Shown piece by piece: positions 1 to 10,154 of a DNA stretch of 64,000 bases (its first letter is position 1; the number at the start of each line of letters is the position of its first letter). Under the pieces are notes generated by a model, which had not been told where the DNA came from, made no database searches, and saw only the letters and a list, made by a program, of their open reading frames with translations. Source of the DNA: Candidatus Bathyarchaeota archaeon (GTDB lineage: Archaea > Thermoproteota > Bathyarchaeia > Bathyarchaeales > Bathyarchaeaceae). The position numbers and the translations under genes are program-made. Location of the stretch: the NCBI GenBank assembly GCA_004376295.1, contig SOJZ01000017.1, positions 14,863 to 78,862 on the forward strand. Reading direction: 5' to 3'.

Positions 1-809
1 TTGAAGAAGATTCGAATGAATTCGGGTTCGCCTTCACGCATAAATCCATGATCAACAAAAACCGCTGTTAGGTTCTTTCCGATAGCTCTCGAAGCTAAAA
101 TGGTGGCGGTACTTGAATCTACGCCCCCGCTTAACCCAATCACACACCTTCCATTCCTGACAATTCGTCTCACCTCGTCGATAGCCCTTGTTACGAAGTC
201 CTCCATCATCCAGTTCGGTTCACATCCACACACTTCGAAAATGAAATTTCTTAACATCACTGTGCCATTCTCTGTGTGAATAACTTCAGGGTGCCATTGC
301 AACCCACAAATAGGCTTTTCTTTATGTTTGAAAGCGGCTATTGGGCAATTTTTTGTGTGCGCAAGAATCTCAAATTTCTCAGGGAGTTCATAAACGGTAT
401 CCCCGTGGCTCATCCAAACTTTTTGGTTTTCCTTTAAATCTTTCAACAAGCTATGGGGGCTCTCTACTACAGCGTAACTTATTCCGTATTCTTTCGTTCT
501 AGCGGGTTCCACTTTTCCTCCAAAGAAAAAAGCGATTAGCTGATGCCCGTAACATAGACCCAGAATTGGGATGTCCAAGTTGAAGATGTCTGGATTGCAT
601 TTTGGAGCATTTTCTTCATAGATGCTTGAAGGACCACCAGAAAGAATCATCCCCTTAATATTGAATTTTTCTCCTAAAACTTTGATTTGATTAGGCGTTA
701 TATTGTATGGAACTATTTCAGAATAGACTTCATGTTCCCTAACTCTTCTTGCTATTAAGTGGCAGTATTGTCCACCAAAGTCAAGGACGAGAATCGTGTC
801 AAATTTCAA
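1..809 (-). CDS. guaA: GMP synthase (glutamine-hydrolysing): GATase domain plus start of the ATP-pyrophosphatase domain; 3' end runs off the window
   Basis: Own translation of the minus strand from TTG at 809 gives KFDTILVLDFGGQYCHLIARR, GLCYGHQ (nucleophile Cys), WHPE, then GLSGGVDSS (PP-loop). Absent from the ORF track because the window edge truncates it. Starts 6 nt after the purQ stop. Confidence 0.85.
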   Translation of the reverse strand, partial: MKFDTILVLDFGGQYCHLIARRVREHEVYSEIVPYNITPNQIKVLGEKFNIKGMILSGGPSSIYEENAPKCNPDIFNLDIPILGLCYGHQLIAFFFGGKVEPARTKEYGISYAVVESPHSLLKDLKENQKVWMSHGDTVYELPEKFEILAHTKNCPIAAFKHKEKPICGLQWHPEVIHTENGTVMLRNFIFEVCGCEPNWMMEDFVTRAIDEVRRIVRNGRCVIGLSGGVDSSTATILASRAIGKNLTAVFVDHGFMREGEPEFIRIFF

Positions 810-814
810 CTTCT

Positions 815-1630
815 CTATTTCTCCTTTATACACTCTACCATAGACTCGAAGATCAATCGCCCATCGCCATATTTTGGTATTCTTTCTCTTTTTGTCCAGT
901 CTGGCAGTTGCCAACCGTAGTAGGCTCTCTCTGGATGAGGCATCAAACCGAAAATTGTTCCACTGGGATTACAAATTCCTGCAATATCATAAGATGCGCC
1001 ATTGGGATTGACTGGATATTCACCATTCGCAGGCTCGCCATTTTCGTCGCAATATCTAAAAACGAGCTGTTCATTGTCGCATAATCGTTTCGAATAGGCG
1101 TTCTCATTTTCTTTTGAAAAGATGAATCGTCCCTCGGCGTGCGCCACAGGTATTCTCAGCGCTTTTCCTTTCGGAATCATCTGAGTAAAAATGCAGTTAC
1201 CAGAATTCTCATGCTTGACATAAACCCAGCCACAATAATATCCAATCGGAACGTTGGTTGCTAAGGCAGCCTCAGGATACTTGCTGATTCCCTCAAACCC
1301 TGGTAACAAACCAGCTTCGACTAAAACTTGAAAACCGTTGCAAATCCCTAAAATAGGTCTTCCCTCTTCAGCGAATTTCTGTAGCTCAGAACCGAGTTTA
1401 ACCGAAACTTCTTTGGCCCAAATAGCTCCTGCTCTCACGTAGTCACCGTAAGAAAAGCCGCCTGGAATTACGAGGGCGCTGTAGTTGAGGAGGGTTCCTT
1501 TTTTGATTATTGCATTCAGATGAACTATCTTGACTTTAACTCCTAAATCGTCAAATGCTCTTTTCGTTTCTGCGTCACAGTTCGTTCCACCAACCCTCAA
1601 TATGCAAACGCTGATTTCTTCCTTTTTCAT
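815..1630 (-). CDS. purQ: Phosphoribosylformylglycinamidine synthase I (glutaminase subunit)
   Basis: 271 aa. ILRVGGTNCD, PGGFSYGDY, GICNGFQVL (Cys nucleophile) and HPER near the C-terminus. 4-nt overlap with the purL stop. Confidence 0.9.
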   Translation of the reverse strand: MKKEEISVCILRVGGTNCDAETKRAFDDLGVKVKIVHLNAIIKKGTLLNYSALVIPGGFSYGDYVRAGAIWAKEVSVKLGSELQKFAEEGRPILGICNGFQVLVEAGLLPGFEGISKYPEAALATNVPIGYYCGWVYVKHENSGNCIFTQMIPKGKALRIPVAHAEGRFIFSKENENAYSKRLCDNEQLVFRYCDENGEPANGEYPVNPNGASYDIAGICNPSGTIFGLMPHPERAYYGWQLPDWTKRERIPKYGDGRLIFESMVECIKEK

Positions 1631-4017
1631 GTTTTACCTCCGAAAGCGCTCTTCCACGCATTTCTCAATCCAGTTAGACGGACGTCAACTATTTGTTGAC
1701 CGTCGATTCCATTAACAGAAAGAATATCTCTTTTTTTTACTCTGCCGATAGCTGAGAAAATGTTCCCTTCCATCAATTTTTCGAAATCTTCTCTGTTTTT
1801 CTCTGCAACCTCCACCAAGAATCTGCTGTTCGATTCCGAGAAAAGCACGTGATCATTTCGTCTTAGATCATTGGATTTTGGAACATCTCTGAGGTTTAGT
1901 TCGATTCCGTAATCTCCACTAAGAGCCATTTCAGCAGCCGCAACTGCTAAGCCTCCTTCAGAAAGGTCGTGACAAGACTTGACATATCCAGAATCAATTG
2001 CATTTGTGATCGAATTCATTGTTTTTCTTGCTTGTTCTATTCTGACTTTGGGAACTGTTTTTCCCACGTAACCTTTCAATCTATAATATTCTGAGCCTCC
2101 CAACTCAAGATAAGTTTGACCAACTAGGTAGACCAGATTCCCTGGTTTTTTTACATCAACCGAAACTGTCTTTCTTACGTCTGGAATTATTCCAATAGCC
2201 GTGATCAGAAGTGTCGGCGTGACTGGACCCAGAGGCGATTCGTTATAGAGGCTATCTTTTCCTGAAATAAATGGTGTTCCAAACGCTTTGGCAAAATCGT
2301 AGCAGGCTTTACATGCTCTAGTTAATCCTCCAAGTCTGTCGGGTTTTTCAGGGCTGCCCCAAGTGAAATTGTCAAGCAACGAAATTCTTCTTCCACCAAC
2401 TGAAACGTTGTTCCTGATAGCTTCGTCTATGGCTGAAGCAGCCATCCAGTAAGGATCAATCTTTCCGTAGTTTGGGTTCAGCCCACAAGAAATAGCGATG
2501 CCTCTCCAAGAATCAGTTAAGGGTTTAATAACCGCTGCATCGTTCGGCCCACCATACTTTCCTTGCAACGGTTTTAGAATGGTGTTTCCTTTAACCTCAT
2601 GGTCATATGTTCTTATCACGGACTCTTTGCTTGCAATGTTTGGTGAAGACAGTATTCTTAGAAGTTCTTGTGTCAAGTCTGCTGGTTCAGCAATAGCTGG
2701 TTCTACGTAGTTTGGCGGTTTCCATTTTGCGATTCTTTTAGTCTTTGGAGGGGCAAACAGGAAATACAGGTCTAAATCAGCAACAGTGTGTCCTTGATAA
2801 TGGACTTTGAGAGTGTGGTCGTCAGTAAATCTGCCAACAGGGGTGGCTTCAACATCTTCGCTCTTGAAGATGGCCAAAACCTTTTCAAGATTTTCCTCTC
2901 TAACAGACAGAAGCATTCTTTCTTGTGATTCAGAAACGTGAATCTCCCAAGGAGCCATGCCAGGATATTTTAGGAGAACCTTTTCCAGTTCAACATAGAC
3001 TCCACAGTTAGATCTGTGCGCCATCTCACCTACGGCGCAGGAGAAGCCCCCTCCACCCAGATCAGTTATAGCTGAACCCAGCTCTTGGTTTCTTATCTCT
3101 ATGATGGCACGTTTGATCTTCTCTTCTTCGATTGGATTTGCAATCTGAACTGCGAGCCTTGACACTTCCTCAGATTCCTTTGTCAACTCTGCTGAAGCGA
3201 AGGTAACTCCATGGATTCCGTCTCTGCCAGTTCTTCCACCAGCCAGAACGGCGAGGTCTCCAGGTTTTGTGTCTCTGACAAACTTGCTCATCGGCAGAAT
3301 TCCAACACAGCCGCAGTAGACCACAACGTTGCCGACATAGCTTTCGTCGAAGTATATGGCGCCGTTGACAGTTGGTATGCCCATGTTGTTTCCGTAGTGG
3401 CCTATGCCAGCAACTACGCCTCTGAAAATGTATTTCGGATGTTTTGTGCCGACGGGAAGTTTGTCATGATTGTAGTCTAGGGGGCCGAAGCAAAGAACAT
3501 CTGTGCAAGCTATGGGGTCAGCCCACACTCCAAGGATATCCCTGATAACGCCACCAGTGCCTGTTGCAGCACCTCCAAAGGGTTCTATAGCTGAAGGATG
3601 ATTATGTGTCTCAACTTTCACAGCAATTGCACAGCCATCTTCGAAGTCAACTATACCCGCGTTGTCCTCAAAAACGGAAAGACACCAAGGCAAGTCAAGT
3701 TCCTTTGTCACTTTGGCTATGTATTCTTTAAACATGCTACTTATGATTAGTTTTCCATCAGGCGAGACTATGTCTCCATTGAAGGTTTTGTGAAAGCAGT
3801 GCTCAGACCATGTCTGACCAATTGTTTGAAGTTCCACATCCGTTGGATTTCTTCCCTTCTTTGAAAAGTATTTTTGAATACTCTTCATTTCTATGAGACT
3901 TAGACCAATTCCGAGTTCTTTGCTGATTTGAAGTAGTTGTTTGTCATTTGCATCCAGTAGGTTTATGTCGGTGAGTTCGAAAGGCACATTCCGTTTCATG
4001 CAAAGACCGATGCTCAT
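1627..4017 (-). CDS. purL: Phosphoribosylformylglycinamidine synthase II
   Basis: SEHCFHKTF, VETHNHPSAIEPFGGAATG and duplicated PurM-like domains. Start placed at the ATG at 4017, which overlaps the purS TGA (ATGA), not at the track start 4080. Confidence 0.9.
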   Translation of the reverse strand: MSIGLCMKRNVPFELTDINLLDANDKQLLQISKELGIGLSLIEMKSIQKYFSKKGRNPTDVELQTIGQTWSEHCFHKTFNGDIVSPDGKLIISSMFKEYIAKVTKELDLPWCLSVFEDNAGIVDFEDGCAIAVKVETHNHPSAIEPFGGAATGTGGVIRDILGVWADPIACTDVLCFGPLDYNHDKLPVGTKHPKYIFRGVVAGIGHYGNNMGIPTVNGAIYFDESYVGNVVVYCGCVGILPMSKFVRDTKPGDLAVLAGGRTGRDGIHGVTFASAELTKESEEVSRLAVQIANPIEEEKIKRAIIEIRNQELGSAITDLGGGGFSCAVGEMAHRSNCGVYVELEKVLLKYPGMAPWEIHVSESQERMLLSVREENLEKVLAIFKSEDVEATPVGRFTDDHTLKVHYQGHTVADLDLYFLFAPPKTKRIAKWKPPNYVEPAIAEPADLTQELLRILSSPNIASKESVIRTYDHEVKGNTILKPLQGKYGGPNDAAVIKPLTDSWRGIAISCGLNPNYGKIDPYWMAASAIDEAIRNNVSVGGRRISLLDNFTWGSPEKPDRLGGLTRACKACYDFAKAFGTPFISGKDSLYNESPLGPVTPTLLITAIGIIPDVRKTVSVDVKKPGNLVYLVGQTYLELGGSEYYRLKGYVGKTVPKVRIEQARKTMNSITNAIDSGYVKSCHDLSEGGLAVAAAEMALSGDYGIELNLRDVPKSNDLRRNDHVLFSESNSRFLVEVAEKNREDFEKLMEGNIFSAIGRVKKRDILSVNGIDGQQIVDVRLTGLRNAWKSAFGGKT

Positions 4018-4265
4018 TGCATTTCCTCTATGGTGAAGCTGTAGTTGTCCTTTGTTGGATTCGCTAAGAGTCTTTTGCACATTTCGTCTACAAGTCTGTT
4101 AGCTTCTTTCACGGAACTCGCAGAAAGGGTGATTTCATAAACTTTGCTTACCTTCGTCGCTTCGACAGGATATCCTAATTCTTTTAGAGATTCTGCTGTT
4201 GTTTCTCCTTCAGGGTCGGAATGTCCTGGCTTGAGAGAGATCTCGATTTTAGCTCGGTATATCAT
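4014..4265 (-). CDS. purS: FGAM synthase PurS subunit
   Basis: 83 aa. Size, position directly upstream of purL and the KPGHSDPEG motif are typical of PurS. Confidence 0.8.
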   Translation of the reverse strand: MIYRAKIEISLKPGHSDPEGETTAESLKELGYPVEATKVSKVYEITLSASSVKEANRLVDEMCKRLLANPTKDNYSFTIEEMQ

Positions 4266-4325
4266 AATGTAGTATTAAACAATTAAAAATTTAAACTTTA
4301 TTTAGATGAAAATTTAAATAAAAGT

Positions 4326-5420
4326 TTAAATGGCTATTTCCAACTTTATCTTTTTCCCTTGGTATAACGCAACAATTCCTTTAGAATCAGTCACTTTTCC
4401 AATCTGTTCAGCTTCAACCTGATCTTTTTCGAAACCGTCAATGAGAACATCTTTGTCAGTTTTGTCTGCGACTACGGCAAAACCCCATCCCATGTTGAAA
4501 GTCCTCAGCATCTCGTCGTCCGTGATAGCGCCTCTCACTTTTGGAGCAGTTTCTTGAATAAGCCTGAAAATTGGTTGAGGCTTAAAGTTGTCGAACTCAA
4601 ATCCTATTCCTTTGGAAAAACGCATCAGCCTATCGAACTTTAAATAGGCGTCACCCGTCATGTGAACCAAACCTTTCAGTTTATGCTCCTTAGCAGCATT
4701 CAAGACAGGTTTAACGTAAATCTTTGTTGGTTCCAAAACTTCGTTGATGAGTTCTCTTTCCAGTCCGTCTGGAATATCATGTGGCTCATATTCGCCACCC
4801 CACTGCTTAAAAAGAACCTTTCGCGCCAAAGATATTCCGTTGCTGTGGATGCCTGAACTTCTTAAGCCGATCACAACATCCCCGGGCTTAATGTTGTTTC
4901 CAAAGACTATATTATCCTTAAACAGTTCACCTACACAGGCGAAGATCATGTCGAAGCCCTTTCCCTCTGTAACTCCTCGAATAATCTCAGCTACATCTCC
5001 TATTTCTCCGCTTGGCACTATGCACTCAGCTTCACGTGCACCCTTAACTATGCTTTTCATCCATTCGCCTATCAAATGAGGATCAGATACTTGAGCGTGA
5101 ATGTTGTCCACAACAGCTAACGGTCTCGCGCCAGATCGGATGACATCGTTTACGGCCACTGCAACTCCGTCGATGCCTATGGTATCATACTTGTCTGCTA
5201 GTTGTGCCAGAAGAACTTTGGTTCCGATTCCCTCTATGACAAAATCGAGGTACCGATTGCCGATGGGAAAGATGTTACCGTAAGGAAGCTGAACGACGCT
5301 TCCGTATTTGCTAAATCTGTAGGTTTGTTTTAGAGTGTTTAATGCCGCTTTGGATCTTGCTCTTAGTTCCCTGTCTACACCAGCCTCTGCGTATGTAAAT
5401 TCCTCTGGCAACAAGTTCAC
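4326..5420 (-). CDS. purM: Phosphoribosylformylglycinamidine cyclo-ligase (AIR synthase)
   Basis: YAEAGVD near the N-terminus, GIGTK and a PurM N/C domain layout. GTG start. Confidence 0.88.
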   Translation of the reverse strand: MNLLPEEFTYAEAGVDRELRARSKAALNTLKQTYRFSKYGSVVQLPYGNIFPIGNRYLDFVIEGIGTKVLLAQLADKYDTIGIDGVAVAVNDVIRSGARPLAVVDNIHAQVSDPHLIGEWMKSIVKGAREAECIVPSGEIGDVAEIIRGVTEGKGFDMIFACVGELFKDNIVFGNNIKPGDVVIGLRSSGIHSNGISLARKVLFKQWGGEYEPHDIPDGLERELINEVLEPTKIYVKPVLNAAKEHKLKGLVHMTGDAYLKFDRLMRFSKGIGFEFDNFKPQPIFRLIQETAPKVRGAITDDEMLRTFNMGWGFAVVADKTDKDVLIDGFEKDQVEAEQIGKVTDSKGIVALYQGKKIKLEIAI

Positions 5421-5450
5421 CTAAAAAATCAAAAACATGGCGAAATTCGA

Positions 5451-6833
5451 TTACGTCACTATTTCTTGAAGTTGCTTGCTTTCCCATGCCCTTCTTATCT
5501 CTAAGGCTATTCTGTCACCCATGCTCATTCTTTTCTGATACTTCGCGTTGGCGTACTGCGAACCGACTCCCATGTGAGTGTTTGTTCCACCACCGTGTCT
5601 CAATGCAACATCTTGTGTAACTGGAATATGCATGTAAGCCGCTTTTCCTTCAGGCACATCGTACAAACCATACTCTACTGCAGTTCCGGGGCCGATCTTA
5701 CTCCATGTAATAAGCGTCTGCAGACACCATGCACCAATTATTCCGGGAGACTCATATTTTCTCGTCGCTAACAAAAACGCATCGGCAAATTTGTGGACTT
5801 CCTTGAGTAGAGATTCTCTCAGACTCATAGACAAATGTGCAGTGACCTCGAATGAAGGAACCTTCTTAATTTTCTGTTGCACATCAACTGGAAGCCTCTT
5901 TAACCCATCAAATGTGGTTTCCCTCCGCTCATCTATGGATAGAAACTGATTTGCCAAGCAAATTCTTGCGTTTTCCAAGCTTACTTTGTACAGCTTAGCG
6001 TACCAATCATCAATGTCTCCCCACTCTTTTTTCGCGTCCAATGGAGAGAAGAAAAAGTTAAAGTTTGCATGTGGACCTAGAACTATCTGTTCAATCCTAG
6101 CTCGTTCTAAACTTTCTTTGTTGAGGTTTCCGGCTTTGATTTCTTTTTTGACCTTCTCTTCGAGGTGGTTTGAGTCCGCTGCGAAAATGAATTCTCTTTC
6201 AAATTTCCTCTGTGCATGCTCTGCTTTCAGCAAGAGGGGCTCGTCAATATATTCTTTGAATTTTATGCCACTTTCGTAGACCTCGTATTTGTGGGATTTT
6301 GGATATGGAATACCTGCTTGTTCAGCGAACCAGTAATAATCTCTCTCGACTTCTCCTCTGTTTTCAATTTTCAACAGCTTCCTTGAACCTACAATTGGCA
6401 CCGCGAATTTGTTTTCGATAACGCTGCAGTGTTCGTCGCCGCCAACGTAGACGGAGAATGCTCTGTTCGGAATCTGGATACATTCGAGCTCAACCAGATC
6501 GTCGACGTATTTGACAATGTCCGAATATTTGTCTAGGATTAAGATTACACTCTTCCACGCGACTTTCTTTTTTATGTCAGCTGGATCGTTGACTACTATT
6601 AGGTCTCTGCGAGCGACTGTGGGTAAATCTTCTATAACTTCGCCTGGTTTTCCAACCATTGGGTTTTGAAGGTAAATTCTGGCTCTTTGGGGTGTCGTAT
6701 AAATTATCGTCTTCAGGTCATAGTCTCTCTGTCCCAGCCAAGCGTCAAGTGCGGAGTGAGAGCCTAAGTTGAGTCCGATTGGTTTTCGATAGGACCGAAC
6801 GACCTCTTGCATTTCTTCTCTTTCTATAACCAT
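5451..6833 (-). CDS. purP: 5-formaminoimidazole-4-carboxamide ribonucleotide (FAICAR) synthetase, PurP family, long variant
   Basis: GSHSALD near the N-terminus, IPNRAF, ERRETT, RHGGGTN and ATP-grasp-like organisation. At 460 aa it is about 100 aa longer than the PurP proteins I recall. Confidence 0.72.
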   Translation of the reverse strand: MVIEREEMQEVVRSYRKPIGLNLGSHSALDAWLGQRDYDLKTIIYTTPQRARIYLQNPMVGKPGEVIEDLPTVARRDLIVVNDPADIKKKVAWKSVILILDKYSDIVKYVDDLVELECIQIPNRAFSVYVGGDEHCSVIENKFAVPIVGSRKLLKIENRGEVERDYYWFAEQAGIPYPKSHKYEVYESGIKFKEYIDEPLLLKAEHAQRKFEREFIFAADSNHLEEKVKKEIKAGNLNKESLERARIEQIVLGPHANFNFFFSPLDAKKEWGDIDDWYAKLYKVSLENARICLANQFLSIDERRETTFDGLKRLPVDVQQKIKKVPSFEVTAHLSMSLRESLLKEVHKFADAFLLATRKYESPGIIGAWCLQTLITWSKIGPGTAVEYGLYDVPEGKAAYMHIPVTQDVALRHGGGTNTHMGVGSQYANAKYQKRMSMGDRIALEIRRAWESKQLQEIVT

Positions 6834-6835
6834 CG

Positions 6836-7687
6836 TTAAAACTTCCTACCCGTTAATCTTTCATATGCTTCAATATATCGTTGACTTGTCTTCTGTATAA
6901 TTTCGTCAGGTAAAATAGGTTTCGTCAGTTTGGTTCCCGCTTTCGGCGGTTTTTTATCCCAGCCCTTCATTCTTTCAAGGTAGTCTCTTACTATTTGTTT
7001 GTCGAAGCTCTCTTGCGTTTTTCCGGGTTGATATTTACTTGCATCCCAGAACCTACAACTGTCAGGCGTCTCAGCCTCGTCTATCAAAATTATTTTATCA
7101 GCTTCATCTTTTCCGAATTCCACTTTGAAATCTGCAAGGATAATCCCGGCTTTTTTTGAGTCTTTTGACATCAACTCATTTAGTTTCAATGTAATTTCTT
7201 TGACTTGTTCAATCTCCTCTGGTTTCAGCCATCCGTAAGAAATAATGTCCTGCTCCGTGATTAGCCTGTCTTTTGCCTCTAGCTTTGTTGTAAACTCGAC
7301 CACGGGCTCACTGAGCTTTGCGGCTAATACGGGGTCTGTTCCTTCTGGAAGCGTAACTTCACCACATTGAAATCTCTTCCAGTATGAACCATACAAATAG
7401 TTTCTACCTATCACTTCAATGGGTATGAGAAAGAGTTTTTTGACAAGCATTTTGTTTTGGTCAGGAACATCTATCAAATGCGTTTCAATGCCGGAGGCGC
7501 TGCAGTTTGTAAAGCAGTAGGCGGACAGACGACAAAGAACCTCGCCTTTATGTGGAACTTTGTCAGCTAGCATTACATCATGAGAAGATAATCTATCCGT
7601 GTAAACGAATAGAAGCTGGTCTTCACCGGCATCATAGATATCTTTAACCTTGCCACTTCGCAAGAAACGTCTTCCCAAATAATTCAA
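6836..7687 (-). CDS. purC: SAICAR synthetase
   Basis: GKVKDIYD and LIDEAETPDSCRFWD motifs. Non-ATG (TTG) start in the track. 2-nt gap to purP. Confidence 0.9.
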   Translation of the reverse strand: MNYLGRRFLRSGKVKDIYDAGEDQLLFVYTDRLSSHDVMLADKVPHKGEVLCRLSAYCFTNCSASGIETHLIDVPDQNKMLVKKLFLIPIEVIGRNYLYGSYWKRFQCGEVTLPEGTDPVLAAKLSEPVVEFTTKLEAKDRLITEQDIISYGWLKPEEIEQVKEITLKLNELMSKDSKKAGIILADFKVEFGKDEADKIILIDEAETPDSCRFWDASKYQPGKTQESFDKQIVRDYLERMKGWDKKPPKAGTKLTKPILPDEIIQKTSQRYIEAYERLTGRKF

Positions 7688-7690
7688 CGC

Positions 7691-8200
7691 TCATACACCT
7701 TCTAACTCGGAAATCCTCTTTCCCCGCACCGCACTATCAGCAACGTTGACTTCCTTCTTTTTCTTCAATTGAAATTCACGGATTTTTTCGAGCAGTGAAG
7801 GATTTTCCAATGCAAATATCTTTACAGCTGCTAAGGCGGCGCCCTCCGGGTCTAGAATAACAAGAGGCGCGACTCCGCTCGGCATCCTTAGAGAGGAGTA
7901 AATGTCAGCGCCTCCAAACTTCTCTGAGTATGGAGGGCAAGCTATAACTGGAAACTTTGTGTTAGCGTCAACTAGTCCGGAAAGTGCATTAGACAAGCCG
8001 GCAACCGTGATGTAAACTATTCTATCTCCAGTTTGCTCATAGTTTTCTAAAATGTTCAGTAAGTCTTTTGGCGTTTTGTGTGCTGAAGCTATTCTGTACT
8101 CGTAGTGAACACCAAAATGCTCCAGTACGCGGCCTATGGGAGCCGCAAAGCTAAGATCTTTTTTGGACCCCATTAAGATAATGACGCTTTGCTTAGACAT
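7691..8200 (-). CDS. purE: Phosphoribosylaminoimidazole carboxylase / N5-CAIR mutase catalytic subunit
   Basis: ILMGSKKD, ASAHKTP and VAGLSNALSG motifs. Start moved to the ATG at 8200 (MSKQSVIILMGS); the longer track ORF adds a non-conserved leader. Confidence 0.85.
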   Translation of the reverse strand: MSKQSVIILMGSKKDLSFAAPIGRVLEHFGVHYEYRIASAHKTPKDLLNILENYEQTGDRIVYITVAGLSNALSGLVDANTKFPVIACPPYSEKFGGADIYSSLRMPSGVAPLVILDPEGAALAAVKIFALENPSLLEKIREFQLKKKKEVNVADSAVRGKRISELEGV

Positions 8201-8290
8201 GAGTGTATATTTCAGAAAAAACCTATATAAACATGAGGAAAAACCACGCTTAACCACCTATTATAGAAACGAAAGTTTTTGGGGGCTAAA

Positions 8291-9811
8291 TCAGCCGAAG
8301 TGTAGGTATTGTTCAATTAACTCGTTTGTTTTATCGATGTCGTTCATTAACGTTTCTTTTAATCTCTTGTCGTTGTATGCATATAGTTTCCGTAGGACGC
8401 TGTCTATTACTTGTTTAGGGAACACATTTCCTTTTTCGTAGTATCTTCTATCCTTCTCTAAACATTTTGCAGATTCGTAACAAGACTGTGGCAGCATTTT
8501 TAACCTGTTCAAATTTTTTCTTTTCTTTTCTCCAAGCGCATCCACATAGAGGTCTTCTGCGAGTTTGATAGACTCTTTATTTGTTAGGCCGTACTCAACT
8601 GCCACGGCGATTCCAGCCAAAAGCAAGTAAATGTTTGCTGACCCGTCTGGCGTCCTTAATTCAATTGTTTGTCTGGATTCATTCGCGTTCATCGGATTAC
8701 CTGTTTTCCCGGGATTGATTTTTTTCGCCATGTTTCCAGCAGCAGTCCAGCCTAATGGAACTCTTACTAGAGCTGACCTGTTTCCGTATCCCCAATATAT
8801 CCCTGTTGGAGTTTCTTGATGAGAGCCATGCCTCAAGTAGGATATTGGCACCGTGTTACCAAAGGCTGTGAGGCTTGGAGCGAATTTTAGGAGACCCCCA
8901 ATCATCTTCTTTGCTTCATCACTTAGTCTTCCATCTGAATCTGTCATTATGCTTTTTCCGTTTTTGTAGCCGCGAATATGTATGTGTAATCCGCTTCCAG
9001 CGTGACCGACCTTTAACTTGGGGGCAAAAGTGATGTTTACCCCGTATTTGGCACCGATGTTTCGTATAATCCATTTGGCAATAGTTATATGATCAGCTAT
9101 ATTCTCTAATGGTTCTAGTGAAAACTCGATTTCATGTTGTTCCATACCGTTATCTGGTATGTTGCCAACCTCAGCATGACCATATTTTACCTTTGCACCA
9201 GTCCTAGCAATAGTGCTTAAGATTTCGTTTCTCAGATTTTCCCATTTAACAAAAGGTGAAGATTCATGGTAACCCTTCTCGGGTGCGCAAGGATACAGGT
9301 CTTTTCTTTCTTGCCTAAATGCAATGTAGAATTCAAGTTCGCCTAAGGCTTCAAGTGTAACTCCCGTATTCTTAAACAGTTTTTCTTTCGCTTTTCTCAA
9401 TATGTTTTCTGGAGCAATGTCAAGTTGATTCTCGTTTTTGTCGAAATAAGCGCACAGAAGATTTAGGGTCGGTGTCTCATTGAAGGGGTTTATGAACGCT
9501 GTTCTGTATTTTGGCGTTACATAGAGGTCGCTTGCTTCCAAGTTGATGTATGAGAAAAGACTTGAGCCGTCTACTCTTTCTCCCATTTCTAGGATTTCGT
9601 TTAGATGTTTTTCGTTGTTGATTACAAAGCTGAGCGATTTCAGTCTTCCATCTTCACCGACGTGACAGAGGTTTATCATTTTTATGTCTTTATCTTTTAC
9701 AAACTTGATGATGTCTTCTTTGGTGAAGTCTTTAGGTAACTTTCCAAGATATGTAACTAACAGATTAGGGTTTAGGGATATTAAGGTGGATTCATTCTGT
9801 TGAATTACCAT
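8291..9811 (-). CDS. glnA: Glutamine synthetase family protein (506 aa)
   Basis: KYGHAEVG, ITFAPKL, GSGLHIHI and NRSALVRVP motifs of glutamate-ammonia ligases. Longer than typical type I enzymes. Confidence 0.78.
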   Translation of the reverse strand: MVIQQNESTLISLNPNLLVTYLGKLPKDFTKEDIIKFVKDKDIKMINLCHVGEDGRLKSLSFVINNEKHLNEILEMGERVDGSSLFSYINLEASDLYVTPKYRTAFINPFNETPTLNLLCAYFDKNENQLDIAPENILRKAKEKLFKNTGVTLEALGELEFYIAFRQERKDLYPCAPEKGYHESSPFVKWENLRNEILSTIARTGAKVKYGHAEVGNIPDNGMEQHEIEFSLEPLENIADHITIAKWIIRNIGAKYGVNITFAPKLKVGHAGSGLHIHIRGYKNGKSIMTDSDGRLSDEAKKMIGGLLKFAPSLTAFGNTVPISYLRHGSHQETPTGIYWGYGNRSALVRVPLGWTAAGNMAKKINPGKTGNPMNANESRQTIELRTPDGSANIYLLLAGIAVAVEYGLTNKESIKLAEDLYVDALGEKKRKNLNRLKMLPQSCYESAKCLEKDRRYYEKGNVFPKQVIDSVLRKLYAYNDKRLKETLMNDIDKTNELIEQYLHFG

Positions 9812-10154
9812 CCATGCACTTCCATTTTCTATGAAAACACACGCACATATTTCTGTTTTTGTTCCTCTTGATTTTTCAGGCAGAATTCTACCCGAAGCAA
9901 GAAACCGTGGATTGATAACTCTGATGTTAAAGGTTTCAAATCTTGTAGCAGAATGAAGCGTATCAAGTTGTATTGGGATAAGAACCGTCTTTTTAAGAAT
10001 AATTCCTTGGCTTTATCGAAAATTTGCCGTCCGAGTAACTCTGATATTTCATCAAGATCAAACTAATGCCTTTTCTTCATCCGGCATGAAATAGTTTGGA
10101 AGGAGAAAGATAAATGTTTACGCTCGCTTAGATCAAGCAGGCACGAGAGTCTCT

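Noticed and set aside
1627-4080. Track ORF gives purL a 21-aa N-terminal extension (MQKTLSESNKGQLQLHHRGNA) that would overlap purS by 67 nt.
   Set aside because: The extension is antisense-independent filler inside purS. The ATG at 4017 overlaps the purS stop (ATGA), which is the usual coupling. The conserved PurL sequence begins after it.
2498-5283. Plus-strand ORFs inside purL and purM (2498-2710, 3211-3480, 4662-4856, 4744-5079, 5101-5283). Similar shadow ORFs lie opposite other long genes (5574-6279, 8631-8819, 24079-24821, 41506-42422, 42655-43376, 53106-54820, 56559-57020, 57877-58173).
   Set aside because: They lie antisense to genes with strong family motifs, have low-complexity Ser/Pro/Leu/Cys-rich composition and show no recognisable motifs. 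They are typical shadow ORFs.
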